Notes under the pieces: model-generated
Databases searched by the model: none
Seen by the model: only the letters and a program-made list of their open reading frames with translations
What the model was told of the DNA's origin: nothing
Made by a program: the position numbers and the translations under genes
In this document: positions 35,701-49,550 of the stretch, one piece after another
Numbering within the stretch: the first letter of the stretch is position 1
Layout of the letters: the number at the start of each line of letters is the position of its first letter
Assembly (NCBI GenBank): GCA_002104905.1
Contig: MCFE01000184.1
Coordinates: 1-64,000 of the forward strand
DNA: 64,000 nucleotides
Direction: 5' to 3'
Source: Basidiobolus meristosporus CBS 931.73
Lineage: Eukaryota > Fungi > Basidiobolomycota

Positions 35701-37003
35701 GCATATGTTGAATGGTGTCAATGACTCATAAGATTGCATTATCATCACCAAATTAGGTCTTACCTTGCTTATCTGCTTCTGTTCAATGATGGTCTGTTGG
35801 TTCATCTGCTGACTGACACCACTGATCTGATAGATAGTACAAACTTATTAATATGCTAATTTTAAAACTCATTGTTTTGCCTAAGAACTGTTTTGACCAA
35901 AGGTTCAAGCAGCTAGTTGTTACATTCACCCTGAATATAACAAAGAAGGCTTACATAGATCTCTGTTCTTGTTATGCCAGTGATACAAGTTGTGATATAA
36001 AGGTTGTAAAGGGATTGGGAGTATAGATAGTTTTGCATTATTGAGCTTGAAATGACTTCCATTGAGGCTCCTGCAGCTCCTTATCTTCAGCTTTTTAAAC
36101 AAGTGTTGACTAATGGTATTTGCCAATGTTGGTTGTGGCAGATTACTCATTTGGTTGCATCATCTTCACCCATTTAGATGTAATTCAGTATGTATTGCAC
36201 TGTCAGATAGAGATCTACTGATCCATCTGCTGACTCATGCAACAGATTAAAGGTGATGTTAATATTCAGTAGACTCTAGATAGAGCTTATAGGTCAACTA
36301 AAAGCTGAACTAAGACATCCAAGCAGCAGCCCATAACAAGAGTAAAAGCATTTCATTGATTTGCCCTAACTGAGTCTTGACTATTGGGGCACCAGAGATC
36401 TGAGGTTTTTATCTACTGATGACATATTTGCAAAATGTAGAGCTTTTATTAAACAAAACTGTCCTGGACTTGATCCTCATTGTTGCTACTGTGATTTACA
36501 AAATGAATGCCCTACTCTCTTTGCTGTTGCTCAAAAATAAGTATTTTTACTCAATAGCTCAAGTTTTGACTGCTTTCTGGCTGCTGCTTGTCATGTGTTA
36601 TGTACCCAAGTATTCTTAGATGTTCTGTGGATGAGCAATTTCCACAAAATGCCAGATATGAAGTAGAAACATTAAGTGCTCTGCAAAAATACATACATTT
36701 GAGATATTCAGCTGTAGCAACTGATTCCATGTGATAATTATAGTGCAACTTCTGTGCATGGGTTGTTGACCTGATCATACCAGTAATTGAGCTCTTTGTA
36801 CTCTCTGACCCCCTACAATGCTGTGTGGAGTATGGTGTTGTAGTATCTTGCTTAATTAAAGAATTTCTACAAATAGATGCAAGATTTGCTCAGTTAGAGA
36901 GTGCCACATTAAGCCATCAGTGCCAAGCAATGCTGTATTATCCCCAAGAAGCCAGGTAGACCAATGCTTGGCCTAAGAGTGTGAAGCATAGTGCTATATC
37001 ATA

Positions 37004-37449
37004 AGACTTGTTTCATTGGATATTGCTGCATTGAGCCATGAGTACCAAATAGTGCTAATGTGTGCCAGAGAGGCATAGAAGACCTAAACTTGGCTGAACA
37101 GTGTGAAACATAGGCCTTCATCTTCATGCAAAGCAGCCCTTGTGTTCCACATATAATGCTGGAGAAAATCCATTTTTGACCTTTTATTTGAGATCAATGT
37201 TGTGCAGGATGTGTGAAAGCACAGAATAACTGAAGACATGAATCTGGTATGCAATACCCATGACATTCTTAATCTGGCCCATGTGGCTTGTATCACATCA
37301 CAAAAATGTGTGGAACTATCTTGGTCCACTGGTACTATTTGGCACTATATGTGCCTGGTATATGTTTTACTTCAGGGCAATTATTTGAATATAGTGACAG
37401 ATATTACAAGTGGGCCAAGGTAGTAGCAAACATTTGTGTGACATGATAC
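37004..37449. mobile_element. Left arm and spacer of the fold-back family, truncated by the Copia-3 LTR
   Basis: Starts AGACTTGTTTCATTGGAT, colinear with 51131-51550, and is cut at 37450 by TGTTGCAAC. Confidence 0.75.
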
Positions 37450-38760
37450 TGTTGCAACCTAAGAAGTGATTTGGATATAAGGAACTTATTAAGATATAGA
37501 GACAATAGTTGAACTGCTGTTTACTCATCAAGAGGATTGGTTTTTATACTGTTGTAGAAGTAATACAGCTGTAACACCAAGTAAGGAGGGCTTCTTAACA
37601 TTCTGGAGCATTCAGTAACAGCTTCAGGGTTTAGACATAATATTAGGTAAAAAGTCTTAATTTGATCTTCACTATTGGGGAATAATCATAGGATCATTGA
37701 TGTGAACAAAGTGGCCAAGCTGAGGCTGCAAATAAGTCATACAATGACCAAGACTTGTCCTGAATGAATAAGTAGACTTTTAGCTGCTAAATGATACCAA
37801 CTGGTCCAATATTTCAACACTCCCCCTCAACAATATATTTTCTTAGTCCTGATTCCTCTCCGAGATTCTGAAGTTGTGGTCAAACTAGTGGCTTTATTGA
37901 TATATCAGCCACCATTGTGTCAGTTGGACAGTCAACTAACTCTACCAAGTTATTTTCTACAGATTCCCTCACAAAGTGGTGCTGAATATCTATGTGCTTA
38001 GCTCTGGTATGATTAGTAGGATTCCTAGATAATGCAATGCAACTCCAATTATCTATGTAAATACATGTTGGTTGATCTGGGTTAAAGCCCAAGTCCTTAA
38101 TTGATTTCTGTAGCCATGTAGCCTCCTTAGTTACTTGGGAAGCAGCCATATATTTAGCTTCAGTTGTAGATAGGGCTACAGTTGGTTGTTTCATGCAGTT
38201 CCAAGTACTAGCTGCACCAGCATAGAGAAATACATACCCAGTGGTATAGCATCTGCCAATCAGATCTCTACTTCAATATGAATCAATATAACCATCAAAT
38301 TGCCACTTATTAGCTGTCCCAAGTATTCCAGTACTGTATTTATGGCATCTTGTAGATATTGGAAAATCCACTTAACTGCTGTAATTTGATTTGAACCATA
38401 GTTTTATATGACTATACTGACTATTCCAGCAGCCACTGCAATATTAGGATGTGTAGACACCATCAAGTACATCAGGCTACAGCCATTGATTGATAGGGAA
38501 AGTAATGGTCCATATTTGAACCATTTTCACCTAAAACTGGCTGAGATTTGCTCAATTTTTGATAATTGTCCATAGGGGTAGCTGCAGGCTTGCAAATTTC
38601 CATTATGTAGTGCTTAAGAATGTCCATGACGTACTTAGACTGATTCAGCTCAGTCTTCTGTGTAGGTGTGTTAAAATCCACTTCAATTCCCAGAAAATAG
38701 CTCAATTTTCCAAGATCTTTTATTGCAAACTTGCTAAGGAGATCTAATTTAGTCTGTTTA
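37450..38760 (-). mobile_element. 5'-truncated Copia family 3 fragment (end of RT, RNase H, PPT, 3' LTR 37450-37819)
   Basis: QPTVALSTTEAKYMAA..KHIDIQHHFVRE..ADISIKPL (37880-38194); PPT GAGGGGGAG adjacent to TGTTGAAATATTGG on the - strand. The LTR matches the solo LTR at 60418-60787. Confidence 0.88.
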
Positions 38761-39499
38761 AGTGCCTCCTGGTCACAAGCTTTACTTGTGACAGGCCCCT
38801 GAGAAAGCTAAAGGTTTTTATCACTGCCAAGTCCTTCACTGCTACTTTGTCTATGTGCTTCTTGTGGTGAACTACAATTCTTTCTGGATAGTGGTTTCAC
38901 CAATTAATGTGTTTCTGCCTTCTTTTTCTGTAGTGATTCCCAACTGGCTGCATAACATTGCTTTACTGCTTGCTTGAAGCTTTCAGCCCTGCTTGCTGTA
39001 GGCACTTGAGGAAACTGCTGGTCTTAAGCTATGGTACCCTTGTTGTTTGGCCTTGGATAGTTTCTGCTATTCTTGAGATATTTCCTTAGCATACCAATGC
39101 TGGCCTAAAATCAGTATACTTGCTCAAATCTGGATTAATGAACATGGAATAGGTAAGGGGCATTCTGCTTGGCCGTGAGTTCCTGATGGACCCATGGTAT
39201 GCTTGACTGCTACAGCCTCTCCAGTATTGGCCCACTCTTAATTATTGCACTCATCAGCTTAACAGCAATTCGGAGTCTTGTGACTTCTAGGCTATGGTGT
39301 AAGCACCACAGCTTCTCCCCCTAATGCTGTAATAGGTTTTTCTGTGGACTTTATTTTTGGGGACATTATGTGAACTTCAAAGACTATACAGTATTCCTCA
39401 GCTGATACATTGGAAAATGGCTCAATGCTTGACTGAGACATTGAGCGACTTGAGTTCATTCTTTATGGCTTAAAATATGGGTTTGTTCCTTTAGCTAGT

Positions 39500-40190
39500 G
39501 CCATATTCAGCCATGAGTGCCAATAGTGCCTTGATATACTGGAGAGGTCCACTAGATTGTTATTTGGTCACAGAGGATGAATCACGGTTGTGCATCTTCA
39601 CTCAAGGGTGCCCCTGAGATTCACCCAATGTGCTGGAAAAAATCTATTTTTTGACCTTTTCTCAGTATCAATGCTTTGCATAATGTATATGTGCAAATAC
39701 AATTGAAGAGTTAATTCAGCACTCAATACCAGTGGAGCTCTGAGTCCAAATCCCAGAATTTCAAACTTATCACAAAAATGCATGTTACTATCTTGGTCCA
39801 GTGGTACTCTCCAGCACTGTATCTGAATATTAGCCCTAAAGTAAAGCCTATACAAGGCACTCATAGTGCCAGATAGTACTAATCAATCAAAAAAGCACCC
39901 TGCATTTTGTGACAAGTAGAAAGCCTTGGGGGCTAGACTCAGAGTGCAGTGGGTATTGAGTATCAATCTCATCTCTTCAGTCCCTCTGTACTGTTATAAA
40001 TCATGCACAGCATATATACAAAAAGAGGTCAAAAAATGGATTTTCTCTGGCACAGTGGGTGAAACAGAGTGGCCACTTTGCATGAAGATGTACAACAATG
40101 CTTCACACTCAGTGGCAAAGCATGGGTTTGCTTAGACACTCTAGCATACATGAGCAATATTTGACACTGATGGCTCTATGTGGCACTATC
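39500..40190. mobile_element. Decayed fold-back family remnant (both arms partly present)
   Basis: Contains the spacer TATTAGCCCTAAAGTA and arm motifs CTTCATGCAAA / ATCCATTTTTTGACC in both orientations. The right end is cut by the LTR-like repeat at 40191. Confidence 0.7.
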
Positions 40191-41241
40191 TGTTGTGTTG
40201 TAATATGATTAGATTGGGTCTTGTTCTACAATGTAGAGGCTAATCAACAACATACAGTAACTTCCAGTATGCTAATACTGAAATAGCCTATTGCAGGTTT
40301 GATATATCAATCAATGATATAACTTTCACTAATATCCTCAATTTTAGGCTCAAAAAAAACTATAGGCAGTGTTTCTCACTTCTACAGCAGTATTCTGACC
40401 TTCTTTCTACTAGTGGACTTATTTACTTTTAGAGTAACTTTTCCTTTGTGGGAATCACTTTCATTTCTGAGAGAATATTTCCCAATATGAATATTCTAAG
40501 TTTGCCTTCAACCTGAATGGGTGTTGTGTAGAAGTCTCTAAAGGGGTCTTTAGACTACAGGGGTGTTCAAAGGAGTGTCATTAGAGTAAAGGGTCACTTA
40601 GAAGGCCCTTTTCTAACAGAAAAGTGATAGTTTTCTTGTAGAACTTGAATTGGCTTCTTGCAAGCTTTGCATACTCTTTACTGATGTATTACCCATCAAA
40701 GTCAGAATACTCAACAGTGTAAGTGATGCAGGGGAAGTCTTATAACTTTTAAACTTGTAATTATATTGTGGAGACTCTGGAAAGAGAGGCTCTCTTTACT
40801 TTTCAGCTGGTGAAGTTGTATATATGAATACTCTGAAGGATCAAAGATTTTGGGCTAATGTGCAGGCAATACACATGATACAAAGCTAAAATTTTTCACT
40901 GGCGCAAATAAGTTATAGCTGCAGCACCTGTAGAAATTAGACATGACTTGATTGGCTAGTTTGCAAGTTACACACAATCAAAGTCACCATGGCAATTCTA
41001 GCAATACAGGCCAAGTATATATGAAAATTGAGCCCTTTTGATCATTACTCCTTAGGTATTGCTTTAAATGAGCTGTACTTTAGAGCACATGTTGGCTACA
41101 AAGTGTTCTGCAAGATATAATATTCTTAGGTGGATTTCTTGTCAGGATCTGTAGCAATTGTCCTTCAAAGTTCAAAAGTCTTAATCTTTCACTTGTGTGT
41201 AACAATAGCAAAAAGCAAAATAAAGAAATGAGTGCAATATT
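40191..41241 (+). repeat. ~1.1-kb LTR-like dispersed repeat, copy 2
   Basis: Starts TGTTGTGTTGTAATATGATTAG; reverse complement of 9305-10427 and of 50057-52173. Confidence 0.65.
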
Positions 41242-41574
41242 GGTATCACCTACGCCTTGGGCATTCAGGAGCTATGTAGACCAAATGCATGGACAATCAG
41301 TTAAGTAATGCAAATATGGGTTGGATGCAACAAACCACTAATTCTTACTACGACAACTTTACCAAAGCATACCAGACTTCTCCTAGGCACAAGCCAATTA
41401 CTACATCTGTCAATATAGAATTCATACAAACCTTAGCTAGAGCGTACCTATAAGGGGGACCGGAATCTAGCAGGGAGAAGGAGTATATTGGCCAGGTACT
41501 AACAAGTATTTTGCAGATATACAAGAGGTATTCATTGCAAACATGGTGGCAACCAAGCATATGTTAGCAAGATG

Positions 41575-42338
41575 TGTTATGATCTGCCGCTTAAATGTCT
41601 AAGTTAGATTAGTTTTTAGTCAATTCAATTAATATATGTTTAGGGTATCAGTATATCAGTATTATCTATGAAATCAGTAGTATTAGTCAGCAAATGAATC
41701 AGCAGATCCTTATCAGACAGAAATAGATATATTACCGTCAAGTTCTTCTTTGATGTGATGAATTGGCACATGTGTTATGATCTGCCGCTTGAATGTTTAA
41801 GTTAGATCAGTTTTTAGTCAATTCAATTAATATATGTTTAGGGTATCAGTATATCAGTATTATCTATGAAATCAGTAGTATTAGTCAGCAAATGAATCAG
41901 CAGATCCTTATCAGACAGAAATAGATATATTACCGTCAAGTTCTTCTTTGATGTGATGAATTGGCACATGTGTTATGATCTGCCGCTTGAATGTTTAAGT
42001 TAGATCAGTTTTTAGTCAAATCAATTAATGTATGTTTAGGGTATCAGTATATCAGTATTATCTATGGAATCAGTAGCATTAGTCAGCAAATGAGTCAGCA
42101 GATCCTTATCAGACAGAAATAGATATATTAATTAGGATCTTATTGGGTGATGATGATGCAATCAAATGAGTCATCAGCCACAACCTACATTAGGAAATAC
42201 AATTGGTCAGCAATTGATCTGGCAAAATGTATATAAGGAGCTGCTGGAACCTCAATAAAAAACAGTTCAAGTTTTAGTGATTACAATACTAGCTAAACTC
42301 CCTATTCCTCTGCAACTCTTATACCAAGACTTGTAACA
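41575..42338 (+). mobile_element. Gypsy-1 solo LTR with two extra 198-bp tandem units (partial LTR + 38-bp foreign segment), TSD GATG
   Basis: TGTTATGATCTGCCGC starts at 41575, 41773 and 41971; full LTR 41971-42338; GATG at 41571-41574 and 42339-42342. Confidence 0.93.
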
Positions 42339-42529
42339 GATGTTTATTTTTTCAGCAATGCAAGATATTTGCAATTTTGCAAATATCCCACTAAAAAGCT
42401 GTAAAGTAACAGTGCTAGATGTATGTCAAGAGCGGCAGGTGTGCATGCATGTCAAGGTTAGTATGCAAGAGGCCACAGTTTTTTTTGTCTCTTTTGATAC
42501 CCTCTATTCTAGATATCTCTAGCCAGTTA

Positions 42530-43800
42530 TGTGGGACTGCATGAGCTTCTTTGGATGGGTATTGCTGGAATATATCTGAGTGTAAACAAGACTTTCCTGC
42601 TATGGTGGAAGATTCTTAGCAAGTTGGACACCTTGAAATGGTTGCATTTTCTGATATAAATGGTATGCAACAGTTAACACAAGCTGGTGTCATGAAGGCA
42701 TTTAGGTTGTATGCTACTGGCTGTGTGACAGCTTTCTACTTGTATCAAGTGCATGGTGTGTTGCTTCCCAAAATGATTTTGTCAAGATGTTGCAGTAGGT
42801 ATTTAAAACCTCTATTACTGATATTGGTGAAAGTACACCACTATCTAGTTACAATGTTGCATCATTTACTGGTGGATGGATTACTGGGTGCACTTGGCTC
42901 CACAAGGTATCCTTGGCATTTCTCTCTACAGGTGTAGTCTCAATGCATGTTGTGATTTTGCCAGGCTCATGCAGGGTACTGTTATGAGGGGAGATAGGCC
43001 CACAACCTATAGACAAGCCTTTGACTTCAAAGCTATCACTGAATACGTCATCTACAGAAGGTTTAGAAAGCCAAAGGTATTAAATATATCTGACTTGGCT
43101 TGTGCAAGGTTACAAGTACAGCTTGGTGTTATAATAAATATATCAAATGGCCAGCATGATATTGTTGGTACAGCAGTGACTGATGAATGCTCAATTTGAC
43201 ATGAGCTGCAAAATGCTAGCTGTGATTCTTGTAATACTTCTGAAGCCACCTCTCTGCTTCATGGCTGAGTGGCTTGATACAGTAGCAACATGGTTGCTGT
43301 TGCCTTTGCTTATGGCATTGAGTCAAAGTGTGCTGGTCCATGGGGCAAATAGCTTGACACTCAGTTATGTAATGCTTCCAAATTACTTTCCTGTCCATGC
43401 TCAGATGATCTTGGGACAGTCTTATATTTGATATAGGGCACCCATATGAAGGTATGACTAATGATGACCCACCATTTTAAGCACTATAGATAATGCTGTG
43501 GCACCAGCTACAAACAAATTTATTCCACTACTTTATATTTGACTGACCCACTTCCAAAAATGAACTGCCAACAACAAAACAAAGTTGTCTGGTTCCCAAC
43601 CAACCCCACAGCTGACAGCAGCAGAAGAATAGCTGGACTATGGCTTGCATTGACAATAAGTGCTACAAGCTGTGCCACATTTAACAGAGGCCGTGTTGAT
43701 GGGGTGCAAGAGTTATATGGCATTGTGCTGGTCTTGAAGTGCTCTACACCTACTTGAGTGGATCTAACCAGCGAGTACACTCTATTGCCTTATATGGCTA
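42530..43800. mobile_element. Partial CACTA-like copy (transposase 5' region on -, accessory ORF start on +)
   Basis: QPCCYCIKPLSHEAERW (43216-43398, -) and ADSSRRIAGLWLALTISATS (43539-43757, +), the same head-to-head layout as copies A and C. Confidence 0.7.
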
Positions 43801-43899
43801 GAAGCCTGATGGATTTTTGATGGCCTCATTGCTAGCCTCTTATGGCATTATTATGGTAGTATAAGTGGCTAAGCTAGTTTTGTATAATGCTTCACAACA

Positions 43900-46430
43900 A
43901 CAAGTTGCCATATATCCTGTATTGCTGGTGACATTTACATCTTACAGGTATATGCTTGGTTGCCACTACTTTTGCCATGAATACCCCCTGAATATCCACA
44001 AAACCTTTTGGTATTTAGCAAATATATTCCTTCTGCCTGTTAATTTTTAGTCCCCCTTGTAGGTGTGCTGTTGCTCTTGTTTGTGTGAATTCCATACCAA
44101 ATTGTATAGTGGCCAGCTTGTGACTTGGAGGAACCCAGCATACTTTGGTCAAGTTGTCCTAATAAATATAAGTTGCTTGTTGCACCCAACAAGCTTTGCA
44201 TAACTTAACTGATTACCCATGCATGGAGCTGCTTAGCTTCTCAAGGTCATAGTCATAGGTGTTTCCATGTGCACATCTGTTCTCAGTATTTTCCAGATCT
44301 TCCGGGCTGTCCTCCATGTGTTACAAGTCTTGGTATAAGAGTTGTAGAGGAATAGGGAGTTCAACTAGCATTGTATTCACTAAAACTTGAACTGATCATT
44401 ATTGAGGTTCCAGCAGCTCCTTATATACATTTTGTCAGATTAATTGTTGACTAGTTGTATTTCCTAATATAGGCTGTGACTGATGACTCATTTGATTGCA
44501 TCATCATCACCCAATAAGATCCTAATTAATATATCTATTTCTGTCTGATAAGAATCTGCTGATTCATTGCTGACTAATACTACTGATTTCATAGATAATA
44601 CTGATACACTGATACCCTAAACATATACTAATTGATTTGACTAAAAACTGATCTAACTTTAACATTCAAGCGGCAGATCATAACACATGTGCCAATTCAA
44701 CACATCAAAGAAGAACTTGACAGTATATTTTTGATGAGATTAGGATATGGTAATACTGGCAACTTGACTTGTCTTCCTATCTTACCTCATAGCTGCTACA
44801 TAGGAAGCTCCCAAATGGTGAAGCAAGGCCCAATATTCTCCACACACTAAGCAAGATGGAGTGGCAAATGGACGCAGTAGTGGCAGAGATTCAGGCATTC
44901 AGCTCAATCCATGTAGTATTGCCCCTGAAATCCAGTTGCAAACTCCATGCATGCAAGCTAAAAGTGCATGAAGTTGGCATGGGTGATATATTGCTGGATA
45001 CCTTTTCCTACATGGTCCACATATGACCGCCAATGCTTCCAATGTACACTTGGTAGAAATGGCTGCAGAGAGCACTTGAGTATATACACTTCAGTTCATC
45101 CAGTCCTTGCATCTGTATTGTTTCATATCTGTATGAATATAATTTGGAGCCTGTCAGAAGTACTTAGGGTTGCTGATATTCTGTACTATCATGCCAATTC
45201 TTTCAAATTTCTCATGTACCTCAAAGGGCTCACCCATCATGAAATGCCTCATAGATAACCTAGTCATCTGTACAGGAATACTTACAATAAGCAAGTGCAT
45301 TGCCTCCAGAGGAATGCATTTGATCCAACAGATACCCTCTATCTTAGCCAATTAATACCTTATTTTGGCCAATAGTTAGTAACTTGCCAACTTTGCTGCA
45401 ATTGCATGCTGACTTCTGTATGTTATCTCTGCTTGGAAGTGATGTTCTTTGTGTGGGTGTTTTGAGAGTAATAATGTGTGTGAGTTGAGGAGTACATTCG
45501 TGGATATCACACATTTGACAGCATGCTGTCTATTGTGCCCAGAAAGACTGGCTATCTTGCTGATGGCTGCAGTATCTCCAATGCAGATAATACTTTGTCC
45601 TTCAATAAAATGGCCATTGACTAGTATCCCTATACAGCATACAAGGCAAATTCAGCAATGGATATAGGTAACCATCCAGATTGGTCAGAGATTAAGGCCC
45701 AGACACCAGTGCAACTACCATCAGATCTCTGCTTTGATACCATATGATAGGCAGCAGATTCAAGTTGATGTGAATCAGTGGTCAGTAGAATTTGCTGGTA
45801 GAGTATTTGTCTAATAAGAGCTCATCAAGTGGCAAGGCAATGGCATGGTTATGGGCACCTTCAAAGTAGCCTGTGCTTCTTAGTTGTATTTTATGCCTGC
45901 CATCAGACATATTAGATATGTTTGCACTTGATTGATACTGTGCATGGTCCTAAAAAGCTTCACAACCTCTGCTGGACTGCATATGACTTTTCAGATGGGG
46001 TGCTGCTGGAATATACCAGGACAGTGAGTAATACTTTGCCCTAATGGTGGTGGTGGATTCATGATAAGTTGGACACCTTGCAGTGGTGACATTTTCTGAT
46101 ATGAATGCCATGTAACTGTTAACAAATGCTGGTATCAGCACAGTCTCAGGGTTAAGTGTTGCCAGCCAAATGATGGTTCTTCATTTGTACCATGAACATG
46201 GTGAGTTGCATCCTGGAATGATTTTGGCAAAGAGAAGAAGTAAGTCTTCAAAGCTTCCACTACTAACAGTAGTGGAAACACTCTGCTTCTCTAACCACAA
46301 CATTGCATCATTCACTAAAAGATGTATCACTAGGCTCACTTGGCTCCAGAAAGTATCCTTGGCATTTTTTCCACAGGTGTTGTTTCATTGCATTTTGGAA
46401 TTTGGCCAGGCTAATGCAGGGTACTGTTGT
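43900..46430 (-). pseudogene. CACTA-type transposase relic, copy D (interrupted by a solo LTR)
   Basis: KCIPLEAMHLL (D/E.MH motif), MLIPAFVNSYMAF, and CCACTCCATCTTGCTTAGTGTGTGGAGAATATTGGGCC on the - strand (H.L.H.....GP region); colinear with copies A-C. Confidence 0.8.
44319..44685 (-). repeat. Gypsy-1 solo LTR, TSD CATG
   Basis: Reverse complement of the 22902 LTR; CATG at 44315-44318 and 44686-44689; host transposase relic continuous across it. Confidence 0.95.
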
Positions 46431-46479
46431 TAGTGGAGAAAAAGCTATGTTGATAGTGTGCCAACTGAAGGAAATAACG

Positions 46480-49400
46480 CGCACTCCTCAGGATCTCAGT
46501 CAATTAGGCAATTGAGAATGTCTGCATAGCTGCAAGCTGACCATTATGCTCAGGCAGGTGAGAGTGTAGGAAACACAGTACCTTCAGCTGAAGACCAGCA
46601 AGTGGCTGTTATAGCATCACTACCACCTTAATTAACAAGTATGTTGTCAGCTAATGCCAAAGCATTAATGAGGCAATTAGGTGCAGTGGCTGATAGGATA
46701 GATGCAATGGCCCAGAGAAATCAGGAAATAGTCCAGAAACAGAATGAACTGACAATATGTGTAGTGTCAATATCCCAGGTAGAGAATGCTGTATCTTTGC
46801 TGTAAAGAATGAACTCAAGTAGCTCAATGTCACAGCCAAGAATTGAGCTGTTTCCTGATGTGACAGCATAGGAATACTGCACAGTCTTTGAAGCACCGCA
46901 ACTATGCCCAAAGATAAAGGCCCTAGAAAACCCTATCACAGCATGAGAGGGAGAAACATGGTGTTTCTACCAAAGCCAAAAAAACAAAAGACAATGAAGA
47001 TCTATGAAGCTGTTGAGTGCATTGATATAGAGTGGGCTGCTATTCAAAGGCTGTGAGAGGTGTAGCATATCATCACCTCAAGGCTTCCACACCATGGGAC
47101 CATCAGGAACTCAAGGCCAAGCTGGATGCACTTGACTTGTTCCACAAGCTTTATCCTTGACCCAGATGAGCACGCAGACTCTAAGCCAGCATTGGTATGC
47201 TAAGGAAGTATCTCAAAAATAGCAGAAACTATCAAAGGCTGACAAACAAGAGCCCAATGGCTAAAAATCAGTTGCTTCCTCAAGATCCTGTTACAAGCTA
47301 GGCCCAGATCTCTATACCAGTGTTAAAGGGATATCAGGTAGCTGGAACAATGCCAGTAAGGGACAAGCAGGCAGACATGGATGGACCAGTACAACATTTA
47401 TCAAGGAAACAATGTAGTACTGATCAAGAAGCACTCAGACAAAGTAAGAGTGAAAGACCAGGCGGTGATAAAGGAAAGGCAAAGGGAAACAGTGTACCTA
47501 AGCCAGAGACAGGGAAGCATTGGAAAAAGCTGTAACTCTTGTCATTTATTGCAGTAAGCCTGGAACAGACTGACTCCAATGATAGCCTAGAAGAGTTACC
47601 GGCTAGAAAGGAGCTGCCTACTTAAGAGTTGGAAGTGTAGCCAGTTGAGCTACACTCCAGTGAGGTAAGTGAGTTTGCAAAGACAGGTAATTTGCCTGCC
47701 ACAGCCCTCTGATTGCCATTGTGGACAGAGTAGACATCCCCCAGACAGACAAATCAACAATGCTATGACCTCAAAAGACTATCACAATGCCTTAAGTGGA
47801 GTTTTGCAACGTTGATAGGCATACCAGGAGGTTGCTGCATTTCCTCAAGAGCATTGCTCAAGAAAAGACACAAGGATATGCAAGGACTGATTGCAAAGAG
47901 TGGCAGATGAGGTGCTAGATCTAGCAGTGCTGGGTAGGCCCATGACATATACAACTAGCAAATTAGCAATGGATTATTTTTTGTATGGAAGCTGTAATAA
48001 CATCACCACCACCATAATTAGCAAGTATGTTCTCAGCTCATGCCAGAGCATTAATTAAGCAATTAGGTGCAGCGGCTGATAGGATAGATGCAATGGCCCA
48101 GAAAAATCTGGAAATAGCCCAGAAACAGGATAAGTGGATAATAGGTGTAGAGCAATCAATATCCCAGGCAGAGAGCGCAGTATCTCTGCTGTAAAGAAGG
48201 GACTTAAGTAACTCAATGTCATAACCAATATTTGAGCAATTTCCCAATGTAGCAGCAGAGTAACATTGTAACATCTATGCATCACAACAACAGTGCCCAA
48301 AGATGTAGCTCACAATGGTACCTATCACATAGTGTGAGGCAGAGACTTTGATCTTTATACTCAAGCTTAAATATCAACAGAGAATGAAGACCTGTGAACC
48401 TGTTTAGTGCAATGATCAAGAGTGGGCTAGTACTCAAGAGGCTGTAGGAAGTCAAGCATTACATAGCCTTAAGGCCAGTATACCATGGGACCTTCAGCAA
48501 CTCAAGGCTAGGTGGAAAGTGCTGGATCTGCTACTTGAGCATTATCTTTGATTCAAGCAGGCAAACAGATTTTGTGCCAGCATTGGTATGTTAAACAAGT
48601 ATCTCAAGAATAGTAAAAGCTATCAAAGAAAGAGTAGATGTGGTGCCATAGCTAAAAACCAGTGTTTTCCTCAAGTGCTTCTCATAAAAAGGCTAAAACC
48701 CCCAAAGCAGCATAGAAATGGCATGTGGCTAGAAGAGTGCTAGTAATGGACAAGCAGGTCAAAACAGATCAGTTGGTACTGCATGTACTATGGAAAAAAT
48801 GAAGTTCAATATAACACAAAGAAATGTGACATAGCCAGAAGTGTGCCAGAAAGGGATAAGCAGGTAAACTCAGATCCACAAGTGCAGTATTTATTGAGAA
48901 GAAGCTGTGGTACAATACAGGAGGCACTCAGTTAAAGTATTATGGAAGACATGGCAGCAATAAAGGTATAGGTGAAAGATAAATATTTACCCAGGCCAGT
49001 GAGTGGGGAGCAAGAGAAAAAAGCTGCGGTTGTCACCAATTGAGGCCTTTAGCCCAAAACAAGCAGAACTCCATAGTAACCTCAAAGATATACCAAGAAG
49101 ACAGCAGCTGTTTCCTCAAGAGTTGGAAGCGCAGCTGGTTGAGCTGCACTCCAGTTAAATTATGAGCTTACAGAGAAAGGGAACTTCTTTGCTATAGCCT
49201 TCAACTCCTCCTCTGTAGGCAGAGTGAAGATATTGCTGACTGACATAGCCAAAACATCAAGAACTCCATAGCCCATCACAATGCCTACAGTGAACCTTTG
49301 GAGCATTAATAGGCACATCAAGAGGTTACAGCACTTCTTCAAGAGCAGTGCTTAAGAAAATGTACTTAAATATTGCAAGCACTTATTACAAAGACTGGCA

Positions 49401-49550
49401 GATAAGGTGCTAGCCTTGCAGTGCTGGCTAAAGGCCAAGACACATGGGAACCAGAGAATGAGCAATGGAACAAAGCCATAGGGCACTTGTAAAGTCATTG
49501 AAAGAGTGCAATATAGCAGAAATACTTAGTGAATTGTGAATATTACTAGA
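46480..49550 (+). pseudogene. Two tandem decayed copies of the CACTA accessory ORF region (~46480-47950 and ~48000-49550)
   Basis: Both repeat GCTGATAGGATAGATGCAATGGCCCAG, GCCAGCATTGGTATG.TAA..AAGTATCTCAA and AGAGGTT.CAGCACTTCTTCAAGAGCA, as in 30300-31950. Confidence 0.65.

Noticed and set aside
33000-37000. Scattered 60-110 aa ORFs as a possible host gene
   Set aside because: There are no consistent frames or motifs, the region is CpG-depleted, and parts match CACTA relic sequence (33180-33660, 35440-35600).
41241-41248. TGGTATCA after the 1.1-kb repeat as a plant-type Met PBS
   Set aside because: It matches only 8 nt, the following sequence is CACTA relic rather than a retroelement interior, and the other copies lack it.
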